Source: Hydrolagus colliei (taxonomy: Eukaryota). From it: DNA of 64,000 nucleotides. The notes below the pieces were generated by a model that searched no databases, had not been told where the DNA came from, and saw nothing but the letters and a program-made list of their open reading frames with translations. Each line of letters begins with the position of its first letter. Position 1 is the stretch's first letter. A program made the translations under genes and the position numbers. The DNA lies in NCBI GenBank assembly GCA_035084275.1, contig CM068757.1, forward strand, positions 2,232,001-2,296,000. Direction: 5' to 3'. Below are positions 25,632 to 38,814 of this stretch, one piece after another.

Positions 25632-25820
25632 GCCAGCGGATCAAATTCCAGATCCTTGACCTCACGTCCCAATCACCCTCACAATCCTCACCCCCAACCT
25701 ACCTCTGCAACCTCCTATATCCCCATCTCTGCTCAGTGAATACTGGCCTGCTTAATTCCCCTTATCTTCCCTACACCCCACCCCACCACCCACCCCATCT
25801 TTAAAACTTGTCTTAAGAGC
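25632..25820 (+). mobile_element. Degenerate L2 3' fragment
   Basis: QRIKFQILDLT-like segment and CCCAACCTACCTCTGCAACCTCCT, homologous to 278-400. Confidence 0.65.
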
Positions 25821-27171
25821 GTTGGTTAACAAAATGACTCTCTTGACTGTTGGTGTGGGTTGGTGCATGACCTGAAAAGCAAGTTCACACACATTCTGCA
25901 AAGACATGTGGGAGAGAGTGTTGCTGTTGATTTCCGCTTTTCAAAACAAATGGAACCAGTTTTTCTTTCCCCTTTGAAATAGGATGAGCTTTAAAATACA
26001 TGGTGCAGATAACTTCGGATCACCATTGCTGGACTGTTTTAAGAAACAGATGGGTAAGGCCAATACATTTAAAAAGAAATTTATTGGGCAATTGATGTAA
26101 TTTAAAAAATATGTTCTTTAATGAGTTGTGACAAATGTTATGGTCTGAGTATTGCTTCACTATGTTTGTCATTTGAGTAAGTGCAATTTTACACTGTTTC
26201 TAGGATTTGCATGAGCAGGAAAAATACATTCCATTAGGTCTTTCAACACAATTTGTCTGAGATCAAATTGGAAGTTTCTAAAACATTTATAAGGTTTTCA
26301 TTGCTTGATATTTTTGCTGTCAGTTTTGTAAAAGTTAATTTTTTTTAGTAGAATTATGATAATAAGTGGCTCGATGAACAGCATCCATTTAATTATTTAT
26401 ACTGTACGACTGAAATATCAAGCAAAAATACTCTAGTCGCGTTTGAATTTTTTATTGGCTCAATGGATTTTAGTGCAATGTAATGCTATTCTGAAACAGT
26501 GTTTTCCACAAAGCCTGCATCCGCATTGGTGAACATTTAACACCGTAATCACAGTATAATCTCTGATTTGTCTGCACAGCGATTGGCCAAAGAGATCAAA
26601 CAAAGTAGTCAAGTGGCTCTGTGTTACTTCCAAACAACAGCCAGAATTGATATAATCCCAAATCCAGTGTACGTAAGCCATGACATCCATTGAAAACTTC
26701 TCTTCAAAGTCAATTTTCCCAGTGTGGCATTGTTCGTTGTGCCTCACTTGACTACCTAGCATAATGAGGACATTCCCCACATGTTCACAGATGATGCCGC
26801 TGTGTTGGTTTAAATAATTGGATTTTGTAGGGAAGCTGATCCGCAGTGGTGAGCTAATATTTTTAATTACATCCTCATGTATTTTGCTAATTCAATTGCT
26901 AACAATGCTTCTCAGTCTCTTACTTCATCCAGTCAGCACTCTCTGCACTTATTTATTTAGGCCATTGAGTTACTATAACTTTTTTTTTGGAAAAAAAATC
27001 CTTGCTGTAAGCCAGAGCCGGATAACAAAAAAAGCTCTGAAATCCCTGACCTAGTTTATTAATGAAAATACTTGCGGTTGAGTTCAGTTTTGTCTGCTTC
27101 CTTGCACCTCGTTCTCTCCAGCTTGTTTCTCTTTTAGTTTTCTGATTTCACTTATCCGATTTGATGTCCCA

Positions 27172-27510
27172 CCAACAACAATTTGCATTTATATAGTGGG
27201 CATCATGCACGATGGTATCTTGGAGCAAACAACAATTGATAACAAATTCATCCATTCCTACCAATTTGAATGAAAGAGAAATTTTGACCAGGACATTGGA
27301 AGATGTGTCTCATCCTCTTTGAAAGGATGACATTGGATTCTTGAACTATTTTACCAACTGAATACCAGAACAGACAGACAACACCTTGGTTTATTAATAA
27401 TAATAATCCTGCATCTGATATAACGCCTTATCACGTCTTTCAGACGTCTCAAAGAGCTTCACAGAATATACTGCAAAGCGAATTGACTGTTTAACATCCT
27501 ATCCGATGGG
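27172..27510 (-). mobile_element. Old Deu-SINE relic carrying a young SINE tail inserted at 27394-27490
   Basis: GACCAGGACA..CTCTTTGAAA..CAGACAGAC..CCTTGGTTTA [young tail] GTTTAACATCCTATCCGA. GTTTA is present on both sides of the insert. Confidence 0.65.
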
Positions 27511-28109
27511 CGGTTGTTGCGTGAATGCACGACCTTCTGCTTATTCAGCCAATGAACTGGGTGGGGAGGGGTGGCGGGGTGGCACAGGGAATTTGAGGTG
27601 AGAATCGGGGGTTTTTATTTATTTTTAAAAAAGGCACAAATATTTATTTTAAAGATGGATCATATTTCGAGAATGTGAACAACCGTCGAGCAAAGACGGC
27701 ATGAAACAACGCAGAACGTACGCAATCACAGCCGTGCTCTGAAGCAGCAGACACGTGTTGTACAGATGGTTTGATTGTGCAATTGAATGAATCCCACAGG
27801 ATTAACGGGGATGGTTAAGGGAGACAGTTTTGCCTCCAGCCAAATGGGCATGTGATTTCCACCAGCAAAATAGGTGCTAAAACAGATGGAAAATAGGTGG
27901 ACCAATGGTGTTCCTTTAATACTAAACGCTTGTATCAAAGCACATCTGAAGCCTTTAGCTGGGAAAATGCATGCTAGGAGCTGAGCAAGAGAGAATATTT
28001 GAGGCTGACCTACATAGACTGTATTAGAATTATATCATAACACAACAGCATGAGGTACTGATTTAAAATGTTTTGAATTTTATTGCAGTTATATCTAGCT
28101 TTGAATGTT

Positions 28110-28170
28110 AACAACCACAACTTGCATTTCTGTAGCGCACTTCACGTGGGGTAGAGTCTCGGACGGCTGT
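28110..28170 (-). mobile_element. L2 tail fragment
   Basis: AACAACCACAACTTGCATTTCTGTAGCGCACTTCACGTGGG. Confidence 0.6.
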
Positions 28171-28393
28171 AAACATGTGTCTTACAATTAAATCTTCCAA
28201 TCTGAATCTCGTTTTGGTAACACTTTCTGAACTTTATGGACCAAAGAAGCTAATAGGGTTTGGTGGGAGATGCTTTATTCTTCCAAATTACTGCTTAATA
28301 GTACAAATTGTTTGAGATTATTTGCATATTCCCTCAATGTTATACAGTAATGGGAGCTGATTACTTACTGGTTCAGTTGATTCTTTTTACTGT

Positions 28394-28719
28394 GCCCGCT
28401 CCCCTCCGCCCAGCAGGCTCCGGTCTACTCTATGTCCCCTGACTCACCCGCCCTACCATTGGCGGGCGAGCCTTCAGCCACTCTGCTCCCAACCTCTGGA
28501 ACGCCATCCCACATTCGCTCCACCTCCCCCACCCCTCCCTGGCCTCCTTTAAGTCCCACCTCAAGATCCTCCTCTTCGACAATCCCATCGGTCACCCCAA
28601 ATCCCCCTCCCCTTCCCTCCCCTCCCTGTTCCCAGCTCGGGTCTTAAACAGTGACTGTCCAGCGCCATGGGACGTCCTCCTGATGTGAAAGGCGCTGTAC
28701 AAGTGTCATTTTGTTGTTG
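28394..28719 (+). mobile_element. L2 3' region with tail
   Basis: GGCGGGCGAGCCTTCAGCCACTCTGCTCCCAACCTCTGGAAC (GGRAFSHSAPNLWN), C-rich UTR, 3' stem-loop and TTGTTGTTG. Confidence 0.9.
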
Positions 28720-29569
28720 GGTTCAACTGCTGTGCCAGACCTTGTCAATGGCATTTCTTTTTGAGCAAGTGATATAGTAAATGCTACACTGTACAGATCT
28801 GCTGCTTGATCATTAGCTGCAATGTACTGACCCCTGCAGGCACTCCTTTCTCATTGCACCTCCATAAAGCTTGCCTTTGACATTGATAGTCTCAAATGAG
28901 GCAATATTCCAGTTAAAGAGCTAATTTTCAGCTTGATTGTACAAACAGCGGTAACACTGCCAATACGATAAGTAATCCGCTGGTAGTCTGCAAAGTGGCA
29001 AAAGGCCCATTTTTGCCCTGAGTTGATGCTTCCAACATTGAAAAATAACACAAAAAATTGGAAGGAAATGAACGGCTTGGATTAGAAAATTTGTAGACAG
29101 GAGGAATCAATCTTGGCTTTTTTTTTTGTCAGTGTTTTCACAAGAGCTGATGTGGTGATAAATGCGACTTTGGTTTGGGGGCATTGGTGGATTTTTATCG
29201 ACCTTGGCCCATGCGAGGGACACTGGGTTTGGGACTCGTTTGTGAAACAGTGTGTGGCTTGTCACCTCTGAGCCCCCAAGATTGCTTCCTGGAGATAGAG
29301 AAATTCAAGAGCAAAGCTTTCTGTTTGGCTCCATCCGTTGGCACAAACGCAGTGTGCTGGCAGAAGAAGTAGCATTGACTCTACAGTCTGAGCATTCATT
29401 CCACTGTGACGAGAGGAAACTCAAAATCAATAATATCATGCAGATTTTGCAGTTCATCTCTGTGTTCAGTTCTAAGGCATTTCTCATGGGCTGAACTTCA
29501 AGCAATACAATTTACTATTATGCGTAATTTGAGAAAATTCTTCTATTTAGTGTGGAAAACCATTAAGGC

Positions 29570-29750
29570 TTGGACCAGGAGCAATTTCAGAGGGAGTGGG
29601 GAGGGGGGACGGGGGGAGGGAAAGATGACGAAAGTAGGGTCAAAGAGGTGTCTTCTGAGACGGAGAGAGGGAGGGAGCCGGAGGGATTCTTGAATGGAGT
29701 TCCAAAGAGTGGGGGCAGAATGGCTGAAAGCCAATGGTGGGGTGGGTAAG
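29570..29750 (-). mobile_element. L2 3' fragment
   Basis: The minus frame reads LAFSHSAPTLWNS. Confidence 0.8.
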
Positions 29751-31205
29751 GTGCTGGACAACTGCTGAGTGAATGGAGAACTTATTAGCCTAATCTTTCA
29801 TAATAGCTTTTTAAATCTTTCGTAACCAAACTCCATTTTAAGTTTGGGTTGCCGATGTACACTATTTGAGTGTATTTTTGTGTGCAGTTGTTTTTCTGAG
29901 TAGTGTTCTGATGTTGCTTTGGTTTTACACTGTCCAATCAACTTGATGTAAATACTTATTTTCGTGAAAGCTGTTTTTAGCTTGAAAGCTTGTCTCTGAA
30001 TCGCTTTGGAAAAGTGGTCGCATTCTTCCCATAGTATTTATAATACCACGCACAAAGTATCCAAAGGCTTGGCCAAAAAAACAGCCTGAAAAGGGTTCGA
30101 AGTGCAGCAAACTATTTATAATAATTGGCAATCCTGAGAACTTGTATTCACTGTCTTCTCAGTTGAGTGCTTCTACCGAGCGAGTGGCAAGGCTACGCAA
30201 ATAAATCATTTTAAAAACGGTTTGCGTGAATAATTTTCATTTAAAAAATATATATTGGTTTGAAAATGCCATCAGCCCTTCCGCACAGACCTGTTAGATC
30301 TCTGACCATTGAGATCTAACAGCAGGTTTATTACTGGGATTCCATTTGCTCAAGTATTTCTGAACGTTTTCTGGATTCTAGGAGAGTCTATGATTGGAAT
30401 TTTCAATTTCTTTCAAAGGATCATATTGTAGAGCATTTTGTACAGTGGATATGAACCGATGATGTTCTTTACAAAATTGCTGACTGTTAACAAGGAAGAA
30501 ATAAGCTAGCTGGGGAAAAAAATGTGATGCCTGGATGAAATTCTAAGTGTCCTTAAATAGCTGTCTAATGCCTCTTTAGAGGCTGTGGAGTTTAGCGATC
30601 TGTCACACACACGATTATACAAAGTACATCAATCCTTTTAACTATTAAAGAGCTATTATACGTGGGATGTAACAATTTGGTTCAGGAAACGCTTGGAGAC
30701 TAAGTCTTCCGCTACATTGAATTACATTTGGCGCTCTGCTTAACATCTTGGGTTAAGAGGCCACTGGCTAGTCGCGAGCAAGTTCTTTGCTTGCCTTTTG
30801 AGAATTTATGCCCTGAAGGGTATTGCTCATTGGCGAAAACTTAATGTACAGTGTATCGCAAGATGGTTGGGAAAAGAAGCCCTCGAGGAGTCGGATAATT
30901 TGAAGAACTCAAACAATCTCGAGTGTTTGCCAAGATTTGGTTTGCCGTGCCACGGACAGTTAGAGCGCTGCTCACACAGCGGATGCTGGTGCTTTTTTCC
31001 CCCCCTTATTAAATAATAAAAAAAAGCACGTTTTGACGGACCAGGAGATTGATTTTCATTTTGCTGGAATTCATTGCGGAATGTATAAACACCAACTTCT
31101 GGTCAACATTGGGTTAGTATTGACTGCTCCGTGCAGCGTCACCTGGTTATACGGACTGTAACTGCTGCACATTGTAACAGGCCCTTTTGAAAATTTGTAT
31201 CAGAT

Positions 31206-31268
31206 ACAACAACAACAACTACGATTTCTATAGCACCCTCCACGCCGGCTGGCGTCTCAGAGCGCTTC
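31206..31268 (-). mobile_element. L2-type tail
   Basis: (AAC)n followed by TATAGCACCCTCCACGCCGGCTGGCGTCTCAGAGCGCTTCA; same subtype as 21500-21590. Confidence 0.75.
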
Positions 31269-31526
31269 AAATTCATTCAAAATCCAATTCATTTGATTCT
31301 ATGTTAAGTTATATATAGTTATTCTATAATTTACATCGCAAGTGATTGAGCGATAATAAAGCCACTTATGGAGCACACAACACTGTGTGTAGGTGGGTGA
31401 GAAGGAATATTTTTCTGCACCAAGGAAAACTTATTTCTCTTTGCACTGTTCTCCCTTCCGCTCTGCCGGAACGCGTGAGACTTGTGTTTTGCTTGTGTAG
31501 GGATATAGTTGCCCAGGTGCCAACAA

Positions 31527-31629
31527 TAATACTAATAATGATAATAATAATCCCTGCATTTGATATACTGTAAAGTGAATTGACTGTATGTTTGTGGGCG
31601 AAACGCGGCAGCCAATTGCGCACAGCAGT
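31527..31629 (-). mobile_element. Deu-SINE 3' fragment with internal deletion
   Basis: (AAT)n, TGCATTTGATATACTGTAAAGTGAATTGACTG, then GCGGCAGCCAATTGCGCACAGCAG. Confidence 0.85.
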
Positions 31630-31864
31630 CACCCTGAAATACCTTGCCCAACTGATCATTATTCATGTGTCAGCTTTTAGCGTTGGCGGTTTATAGGGAA
31701 TATCAGGAAATTCAGTGGTTATTATGGGTTTCCTTTTTAATGAAACTCAACATATCTGAGAGAAATGAATATCATTTTCAAAGGGAAGGGGGTGGATTCT
31801 GGTATTTCTAATACATATGCCTGCATATTAATTCTCGTGTAATTGTCATGTCTTAACATGTTGT

Positions 31865-32040
31865 TGTAATGCCTCTAAGCACTTCACAGGAATTGTACTG
31901 TGAAGTCAAGTGACACTTTTTTTGTAGGTTAAAACAGCAGCCAATTTGCACACAGCCATGTCACACAAACAGAAATGAAGAGCTTGACCAACTTGATGCA
32001 CCCTTCTCTTCTTGAATAGTGCCATGGCATCTTTGGCCGT
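31865..32040 (-). mobile_element. Old Deu-SINE relic
   Basis: CAGCAGCCAATTTGCACACAGC..CACAAACAG..TCTTGAATAGTGCCATGGCATCTTT. Confidence 0.7.
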
Positions 32041-32110
32041 CAACAATATAGCACTCCTCCCTCCCACCACTCACGACACACATACACACTTAGATTATAG
32101 ATTATAGTTT

Positions 32111-32219
32111 CTCCCACAAAATATACAGTCAATTCACTTTACAGTATATTCTGTGAAGCGCTCTGAGACGTCTCGAGGACGTGATAAGGTGCGATATCAA
32201 ATGCAAGGATTATTATTAT
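32111..32219 (+). mobile_element. Deu-SINE 3' tail
   Basis: CCCACAAAATATACAGTCAATTCACTTTACAG..TCAAATGCAAGGATTATTATTA. Confidence 0.9.
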
Positions 32220-33540
32220 AACTTCCAGAATGTCAGAAAAATATCAAGGCATTTGTACTCAAACTGAATGAAATAGTACGATTCCCTATATGTACATTGC
32301 TGCAGCAAAAAAATATTCAAAGAAAACATTCAGTATGACTTTTTTGTTAGATATCTCCAAAAGTAATATTATTAAATAGAATCCTGTTTTTTTCCAACTG
32401 TTTCCAGCACTGTAGAAAATTAAGATTTTCAAAAAAGACTATTATCCAACTATAATAAGCGTTTGTCTCCAACAAACTCTAAATGCTTTTACTAAAATTG
32501 AAACCCAAACAGTAGCTGAGTTCAAAAGGTGACTGCTCGGAATCCGTTAGACCGCAAAATGTTTATTTTGTCACAAAATAAAAACGTTAGGCCAGCGATG
32601 TAAGCAAAAGGATTGCACAGTTTGAATTCGGAGATTACTTGGCACTCTCTGAAATGTCTCTTACTGTATTTGCCAACTCCTGCTGCTCACCAGTACTGGA
32701 AGTTTTGGACACAGTTTATTTTTCTTTCCATGTACTGCTGGCGTTTGAACAACATCAAGGTGACCGAAACCCCCCCGAATTTAAATGGTACACCATATGC
32801 TTACACTGTAACAGACACAGTGTGTTCTAAGCTTACATCCAAATTCGGAACAATTGGTACGGTTTTGGTATGTATTTTTTGATTAAAAAATCCAATGGGA
32901 ATGCTATCATTAAAATTATTTAATTTACATCAATTTTAATGAGTATTTTAAAATTGCGTGCCCATTCACGACTCGGGAGTTAACGTTTTACTCACCTATG
33001 GTATTGTGAGTGTTCTGAGATGCTATTTTTATTGATGCAGATATACATCCATGTCAATATTTTTTTAAATTACAATTGAATTGAAACCAATTTTATCATA
33101 GAATCAATTGTGCCACTGTGGTATGTCCTGTAAGAAATCCGCTTAAACCTGAGCCAAATGTTTTGAATGATGCCACGTTTGGATGTCTTGTGGTGAAAAT
33201 GACTAATTGTTTTTTTGCACAGAGAAGTTAACTCACACGGACTGACTTGTACCGTGCTTTCCGTTGAGGTTGTTGAAAATGAAAGGAATTGTAATCGTAA
33301 CAGTTCCGTTTGATTGATTGCTTCAGTTAGAATCTCAACCAGGTTCAACCCCAGATTCAAGGTTCAACTTTCATTCTAATGCGTTGTGTTAACAATGGCC
33401 CTCGATGGTGAGCATTTGTACTTGTATTGACTCCCAATGAATGTCAGAAAACATTACATTCACTCACCTGGAGCCAGAATCTTGTTCTGAGAACAGAATA
33501 CAGGGCTGAGTATTGATTGCGCAGGGTAGTGTATATACCT

Positions 33541-33743
33541 AAAACAACAACAGAAATCCTTGGGAACACTCAGCAGGTCAGGCAGCATCTATGGAGAAAG
33601 GAAAGTGAGTCCGTGAAGTGTTCACAGGAGTGTTCTGAAGTAGGGTCGTGGACCCAAAACGTTGACGCACTTTCCTTTTCCCAGCAAAAGCGATCTGTTT
33701 TTGTTTCAGACTTCCAGCATCCCCAGCACAGTATTTTATGTTC
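33541..33743. mobile_element. Decayed palindromic Penelope-related element with a mutated hammerhead motif
   Basis: Shares CTCAGCAGGTCAGGCAGCATC.ATGGAGAAAGGAAA and CTGTTTTTGTTTCAGA.TTCCAGCATC with the 59884-60123 element. Confidence 0.8.
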
Positions 33744-35807
33744 GGTATATACACCTATTTAGCCCTTTGGGAGAAATGATTGTGAGTCTTCAGTACATAA
33801 AAGTACAAATCACTGCTGTTTCTACGAGGAATTGATTCACCTTTTCTAATGAATACTTCATTGCAGTATTCGTAATTCTCTCTCAGTTTTTTTTTAATGC
33901 AATTCTCTTTACAAACAGCAGAAGGAGCCAGAATAACATTCCGTGCTGCATTAAGGCACTTTATGAAGGGAAACAGTTCATCCAACCAAACAGAATTGTT
34001 TCTTACACGTAGCAGTAAACTGTGCATTAAAAATTCAACACATCTTTCAATACCTTTAAAATGCAGAACAGGATCACCAGAGACGTCTCGATGAAGCAGG
34101 CACTGGGGCCCATTCGATCTCACCTTTCTGGAATACCTGACAGGATATCCATGCAGCTCACATGCTCAATTAACACATAAAATGTAACCATAAAATGTAA
34201 CCTTAATTGAGCATTTGAGCTGCATGAAAAACCGTGAGTTTTTTCCTTGGGGGAGGAGAGTTGAAAAAAATGAAAACTGAAATATTATTTTTACCTCTTG
34301 TAAAATTAAGCATTCAGAGCGTTTTCTCAGAAAACCTACAGACCTACAGATAAAGAATTGCATTGCCCAGAAAAGTGTTCAATCTCTTCCCTAGTTTGGG
34401 CAGCAAATAATTATTGCAGATAAGCGGCCTTGGAGTATTGAGAGAGAAGGTAGTGTTGAATTTGCGCTCACTTGTCCTGTGTGTCTGTCTGTGTGTGTGT
34501 GGGAGAGCAGATGACGCTGCAGTATATGGTTATTGCTAACCTTGCTGACAGGCTGAGATTGATATTGGCAGGCGTTGGGGACAGGCTGGAACTGCTTGAT
34601 AAGGCAGGAAGTGAACCCAATGTCAAATTAATCCCATCTCAAGTGGAGGAATGTGACTTATGCCAGAAATTAGCTTGGCAACGCTCAACTGAAGCCAAGA
34701 GAGGGGGGAAAAAAAAGTATATCCTTTGTCATGTTCAATTAAACAAATAAACTTGTACTGCATTAGCCTTCTAAGAGCCATAGCATCACATTTTTCCAGT
34801 AAATTTTTCCCGAACCCAATTGCCTTTCGCCCCCACCCCCCTAAATGTCTGCCAAATGGTTACTAAATGTTACGACCGTGCCATCAAAATAATGCAATTC
34901 AGTGAATTAGTTTACTGTTTAGCAACACTGTCATGCTCCTGACTCCATATTAAGGAGCATCTGAGATAGATTCCGTTCCTTGAACATCCAAGAATAGTTT
35001 GCTTCAAAGTTTCACCTCGAGTCGTTTTCCCCTCATTTTGTGCGAGTGAAACCACACATACATATATTTAATGGGAGGAGTGGGGATTCTTGATACTAAA
35101 AGCAGCTGGTCAACAAGGAGTACAGACATCTAATGGATTTCAAACTGATTCTCAAGGTTATAGAGTCTGCATTTTTGCCAGAAATGTTGCTTCAAAATTC
35201 ACTGTGGTTAATTTCTTTTGAAAGAAGAAATGATACAAAGTCAAAATGTTGCTGGATGTATTTTATAGGGTTATTCACTTGTGAAATGCAACAATCATTG
35301 CAAACCCCAGATACACAGATCAAATAAATCATCTACTATAGAACCACACACATTAAATAGATAAAATAAGCTTTTTATTTGTTAAATATTTGTGAAGCTA
35401 TGACACAGGGAGAAGGAATTGGAATATAAACGTAAACATAGTTTGATTTTTATTGATAAGCTTTTATCAACAAGCTATTGTTGAGTTTTTCCTTGGATTA
35501 CCTCTAGGATTCAGAGAGAAGTTGTACGATGCTTTTCATCAGAGGATGAAGTTTGGATTGAAGCATCGGACTGAATAGGTTTTCTGTGTCGCAGAGGGAA
35601 TGGACTTGTTGGGGTTGTATCAGTTATTCCATATGTTATGTTCTGAAGTTGCTTGTGGTTGACTAAGTATTGTTACGTTATGATCTGTGTGGAACATAGT
35701 TTCCCATAATCCCGTCCGGCTAGTTTCTCTGGCAAAACTATGTGAGTGAGACCAGATTGAGTGAACATGGGACTCCAGATTCAGACCGGGTGCCACACAA
35801 TCTTCTT

Positions 35808-36121
35808 GTCCTGCAGCTGAGTGGTTAGAGCCCTCGCCTTACAAGCATGAGACCTGTGTTCGAATCCAGGCAGATCAGGGCGAAACCTTGGGCAAGTTTC
35901 CTCACTCCACATGCCTAATATAATCCCTCTGAAAAAAAAACCACAATAATAAAATTGGTAATTTCAATCCTCGACTGTTTGTGGGACTCTGCTATGCGCA
36001 CTTGGCTGCCGCGTTTCGCCCACAAATATACAGTCAATTCACTTACAGTATATTCTGCGAAGCGCTTTGAGGCGTCTCAAAGACATCATAAGGCTGTATA
36101 TCCAATGCAATGATTATTATT
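35808..36121 (+). mobile_element. Young tRNA-derived Deu-SINE, full length
   Basis: GTCCTGCAGCTGAGTGGTTAGAGCCCTCGCCTTACAAGC head, B box, Deu core and tail. Confidence 0.95.
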
Positions 36122-37494
36122 AAGCGTGCAACGCTGAACGAAGAGAGGTACTGTTGACTGCTTCTGTTGAGATGAGTGTTGGTTCAAATAATATATTTTT
36201 TAAAATGACAAATCTTTTACCCATCGTGAGAAAAAAAGTTTACCACCTCCATCTTCAGTTTCCATGGTCTTGAGCTGTTCCATTTTGCTTTCTTTTGCTC
36301 CATGTAGTCAGGGACCTGATTTGCTTGCCTTTCCTGTTGGGATCCACAGGTAGTGTTTTATGTGGCGTTTACGGTTACACATTCTGGAACTCTGACCAAA
36401 CCCAAACATATTTTGCTTAACAATGCTTGACGGTAGTGGTTGGTATCTCCTTTCCCCTCATCGCCTCATTCCTGCGGCCAGCACGGAGTCTTGTTGGAGT
36501 CACTTTCCACATCTGTGTTGCTAGCAGCTTCGTGGTGAGAGTCATTGTCTTGTGGTTCTTGAAACCCGTCAAGCACAAGTGATTATTTTTTCTGCAGTTT
36601 TACAAAAACTATTGATTTTAATTTGACATATAGCGTTCGATCGCTTGAATCTCTCAGGCTCTATGTTCTACTCATACTGTATTAGTGCAGAATAGTCACG
36701 AGTCAATAGTCTTACTATTCATTGCAGCAAAAGTTTGATGTTGTCAGATATTGCCTACATTACAATTTATTTTATTAAAACACCTTTCATGTTGGGAGGA
36801 CTTCTGAAAGCATTTCGAACAGATTCTTTTATTTGTGGAAAAAAGTGGCAAATGTTATCACAAAGCCTGTTCATAATAATCCTGTGTACTGATGTCCTTC
36901 ACTTCACTGTAAAGAACAATGAATAGATGCATGTACACAAGTGTCTTCAAACACTGTGTTGGAATTCTTTTCGTGTATTTTTTCTGATTCCAAATCACAA
37001 TGGAGTGCCAAAAATACATCAGTCAGTTAAACACATTAGTTTCTTCAATTCCAATAAGTGTGTTTTACTGGTATGTTTTTATGTGTTGCATAGTTTGATT
37101 TTTAAAGGAAAGTTCATACTCAAAGAATAACGGGACCACAGTGTTTAAACGCTTATTATAAATATTGTATCTTCAATTCTGTCGTTGCCAGTGGGATGGT
37201 GAACTATTTTCCAAGGAAAAGAGATGTAAATCTGCCCAACCGCTGGGTTAACAATTCTCCTAGAGATGACAGCCTTTGGTATATAAATGGTAAAACTGTG
37301 TATGCTTATAAAAAGCACTGAAGCATATTTTATAACTGGCATAAATTGGAATGCTTGCGAAATTATTCGTCAGACGCACTCAAAAATATTCTTGTGTCGT
37401 AGTGTGGACTGAAATAACTCTTTCTGCAGCGATAATTGCCGGATCTGTTGAGGAACAATTCATTTCAATGAACCACCCTTTATAATTACAGCAT

Positions 37495-37529
37495 GCGTGT
37501 GTCTGTGTGTGAGTGTGTGTGTGTGTGTG
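37495..37529. repeat. (TG)n microsatellite
   Basis: Imperfect TG run. Confidence 0.85.
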
Positions 37530-38814
37530 GGGGGAGAAGGTGGTGGGGATTGGGGAAGAGTTCACTGGCAATAATGGTTGACTGAAATACGTGCTATTTA
37601 TCTTAAAAACGTCATTGCTGGGAATCTGCTGCGTCTGGAAGAGGGTGAGCTGAGCTGACATGCGCAACAGGTGTCTCAGAAAGCGGGCTGTGACGTGTTT
37701 GTGATTGAAGACTCTCTGTGGTCTTGGGTTCAAATCCCGAATCATAGAAGCAGATACGAATGTCTGACTGATGATAGACTTATGACTTAATGTCACTTAA
37801 AAAATTTACCGCCCAGTAACAGTTAAAGTTCTTCCATCTGCAGGTGGCTAAGATGCTATTTTAATGTACTGCACAAAATGATATAGATTAGCTATAACTG
37901 TGATTTTACCATTGCCCACATACAACACTGATGCAGGGTAAAAGCTTTCAACAATAATACTTGTAGTCGCCTTGGGAACATGTGATGAGTTTGTTGGTTT
38001 TGTCTGAGTGATAGATGCTATATAAATGCAAATCTTTGGAGTTGGTATTGCTGTTTGTAGAAGAGTTATCTTATTTCCTTATCAAATCCTGTTTGTAGTC
38101 CCATTCCTTCCTTGTACCTATTTGTGGTCTTAAGAAAAATTCTGTACCGCTGTTTCACTTTCATCTCAAAGCTTAATCGTATTTGCTGGCCATGAAATAT
38201 ATCCTTGGACCCCCTGTCTGTCAGTTGTCTATTTTTCTCCCTGGGATGTGTTAGCCACTGCTCATAAAATCTTTCCTCAGCGTGTGTGTAAAATTTAATG
38301 ATTGCGTTTTTTTTGACATTTAACAATTGTTGGTATTGACATTTATAGAGAACAAAGCTCCTCTTGTCATTTTTCTATGCGCAACTATGACTCCCATTTT
38401 GACACTAACCTTTTAAGTTTCTATCCTGCCTGCAGACACTCGACGATGCAGGTTGTCAATGTCTCTGTGACATTTATAAATTAGTTTTTTTTAAAAAAAA
38501 AAGGAAATTAAGCATCGGTCACGTACCGTGCATTTTTTCTGAAAATAACACTGCAAAAAAAAAAAAAACGCCTGCTAATAGGAGCATTTCAGAAAAGGAG
38601 AATCTGGAACCTCTTGTCTGAAATTATTTTTTCCAGTGCAGTACAGGAAAAAATGTAGCAAAGTTAGCGTAGTATTGCATTACATGTTGGGGTTGCGCTA
38701 CATCAGTATTCTCAATCTTCAGATGTATTTTATCCGCACCTCAGGGACTTGTGGTTATGGTTCTTCCAGTTTGGGCTGCCTTCACTTGTTCCAGGCCCTG
38801 GTGCTTCGGAGCTA

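Noticed and set aside
35452-35485. Two overlapping 7-bp hairpins with GCTT/GCTA loops
   Set aside because: Short AT-rich stems are expected by chance.
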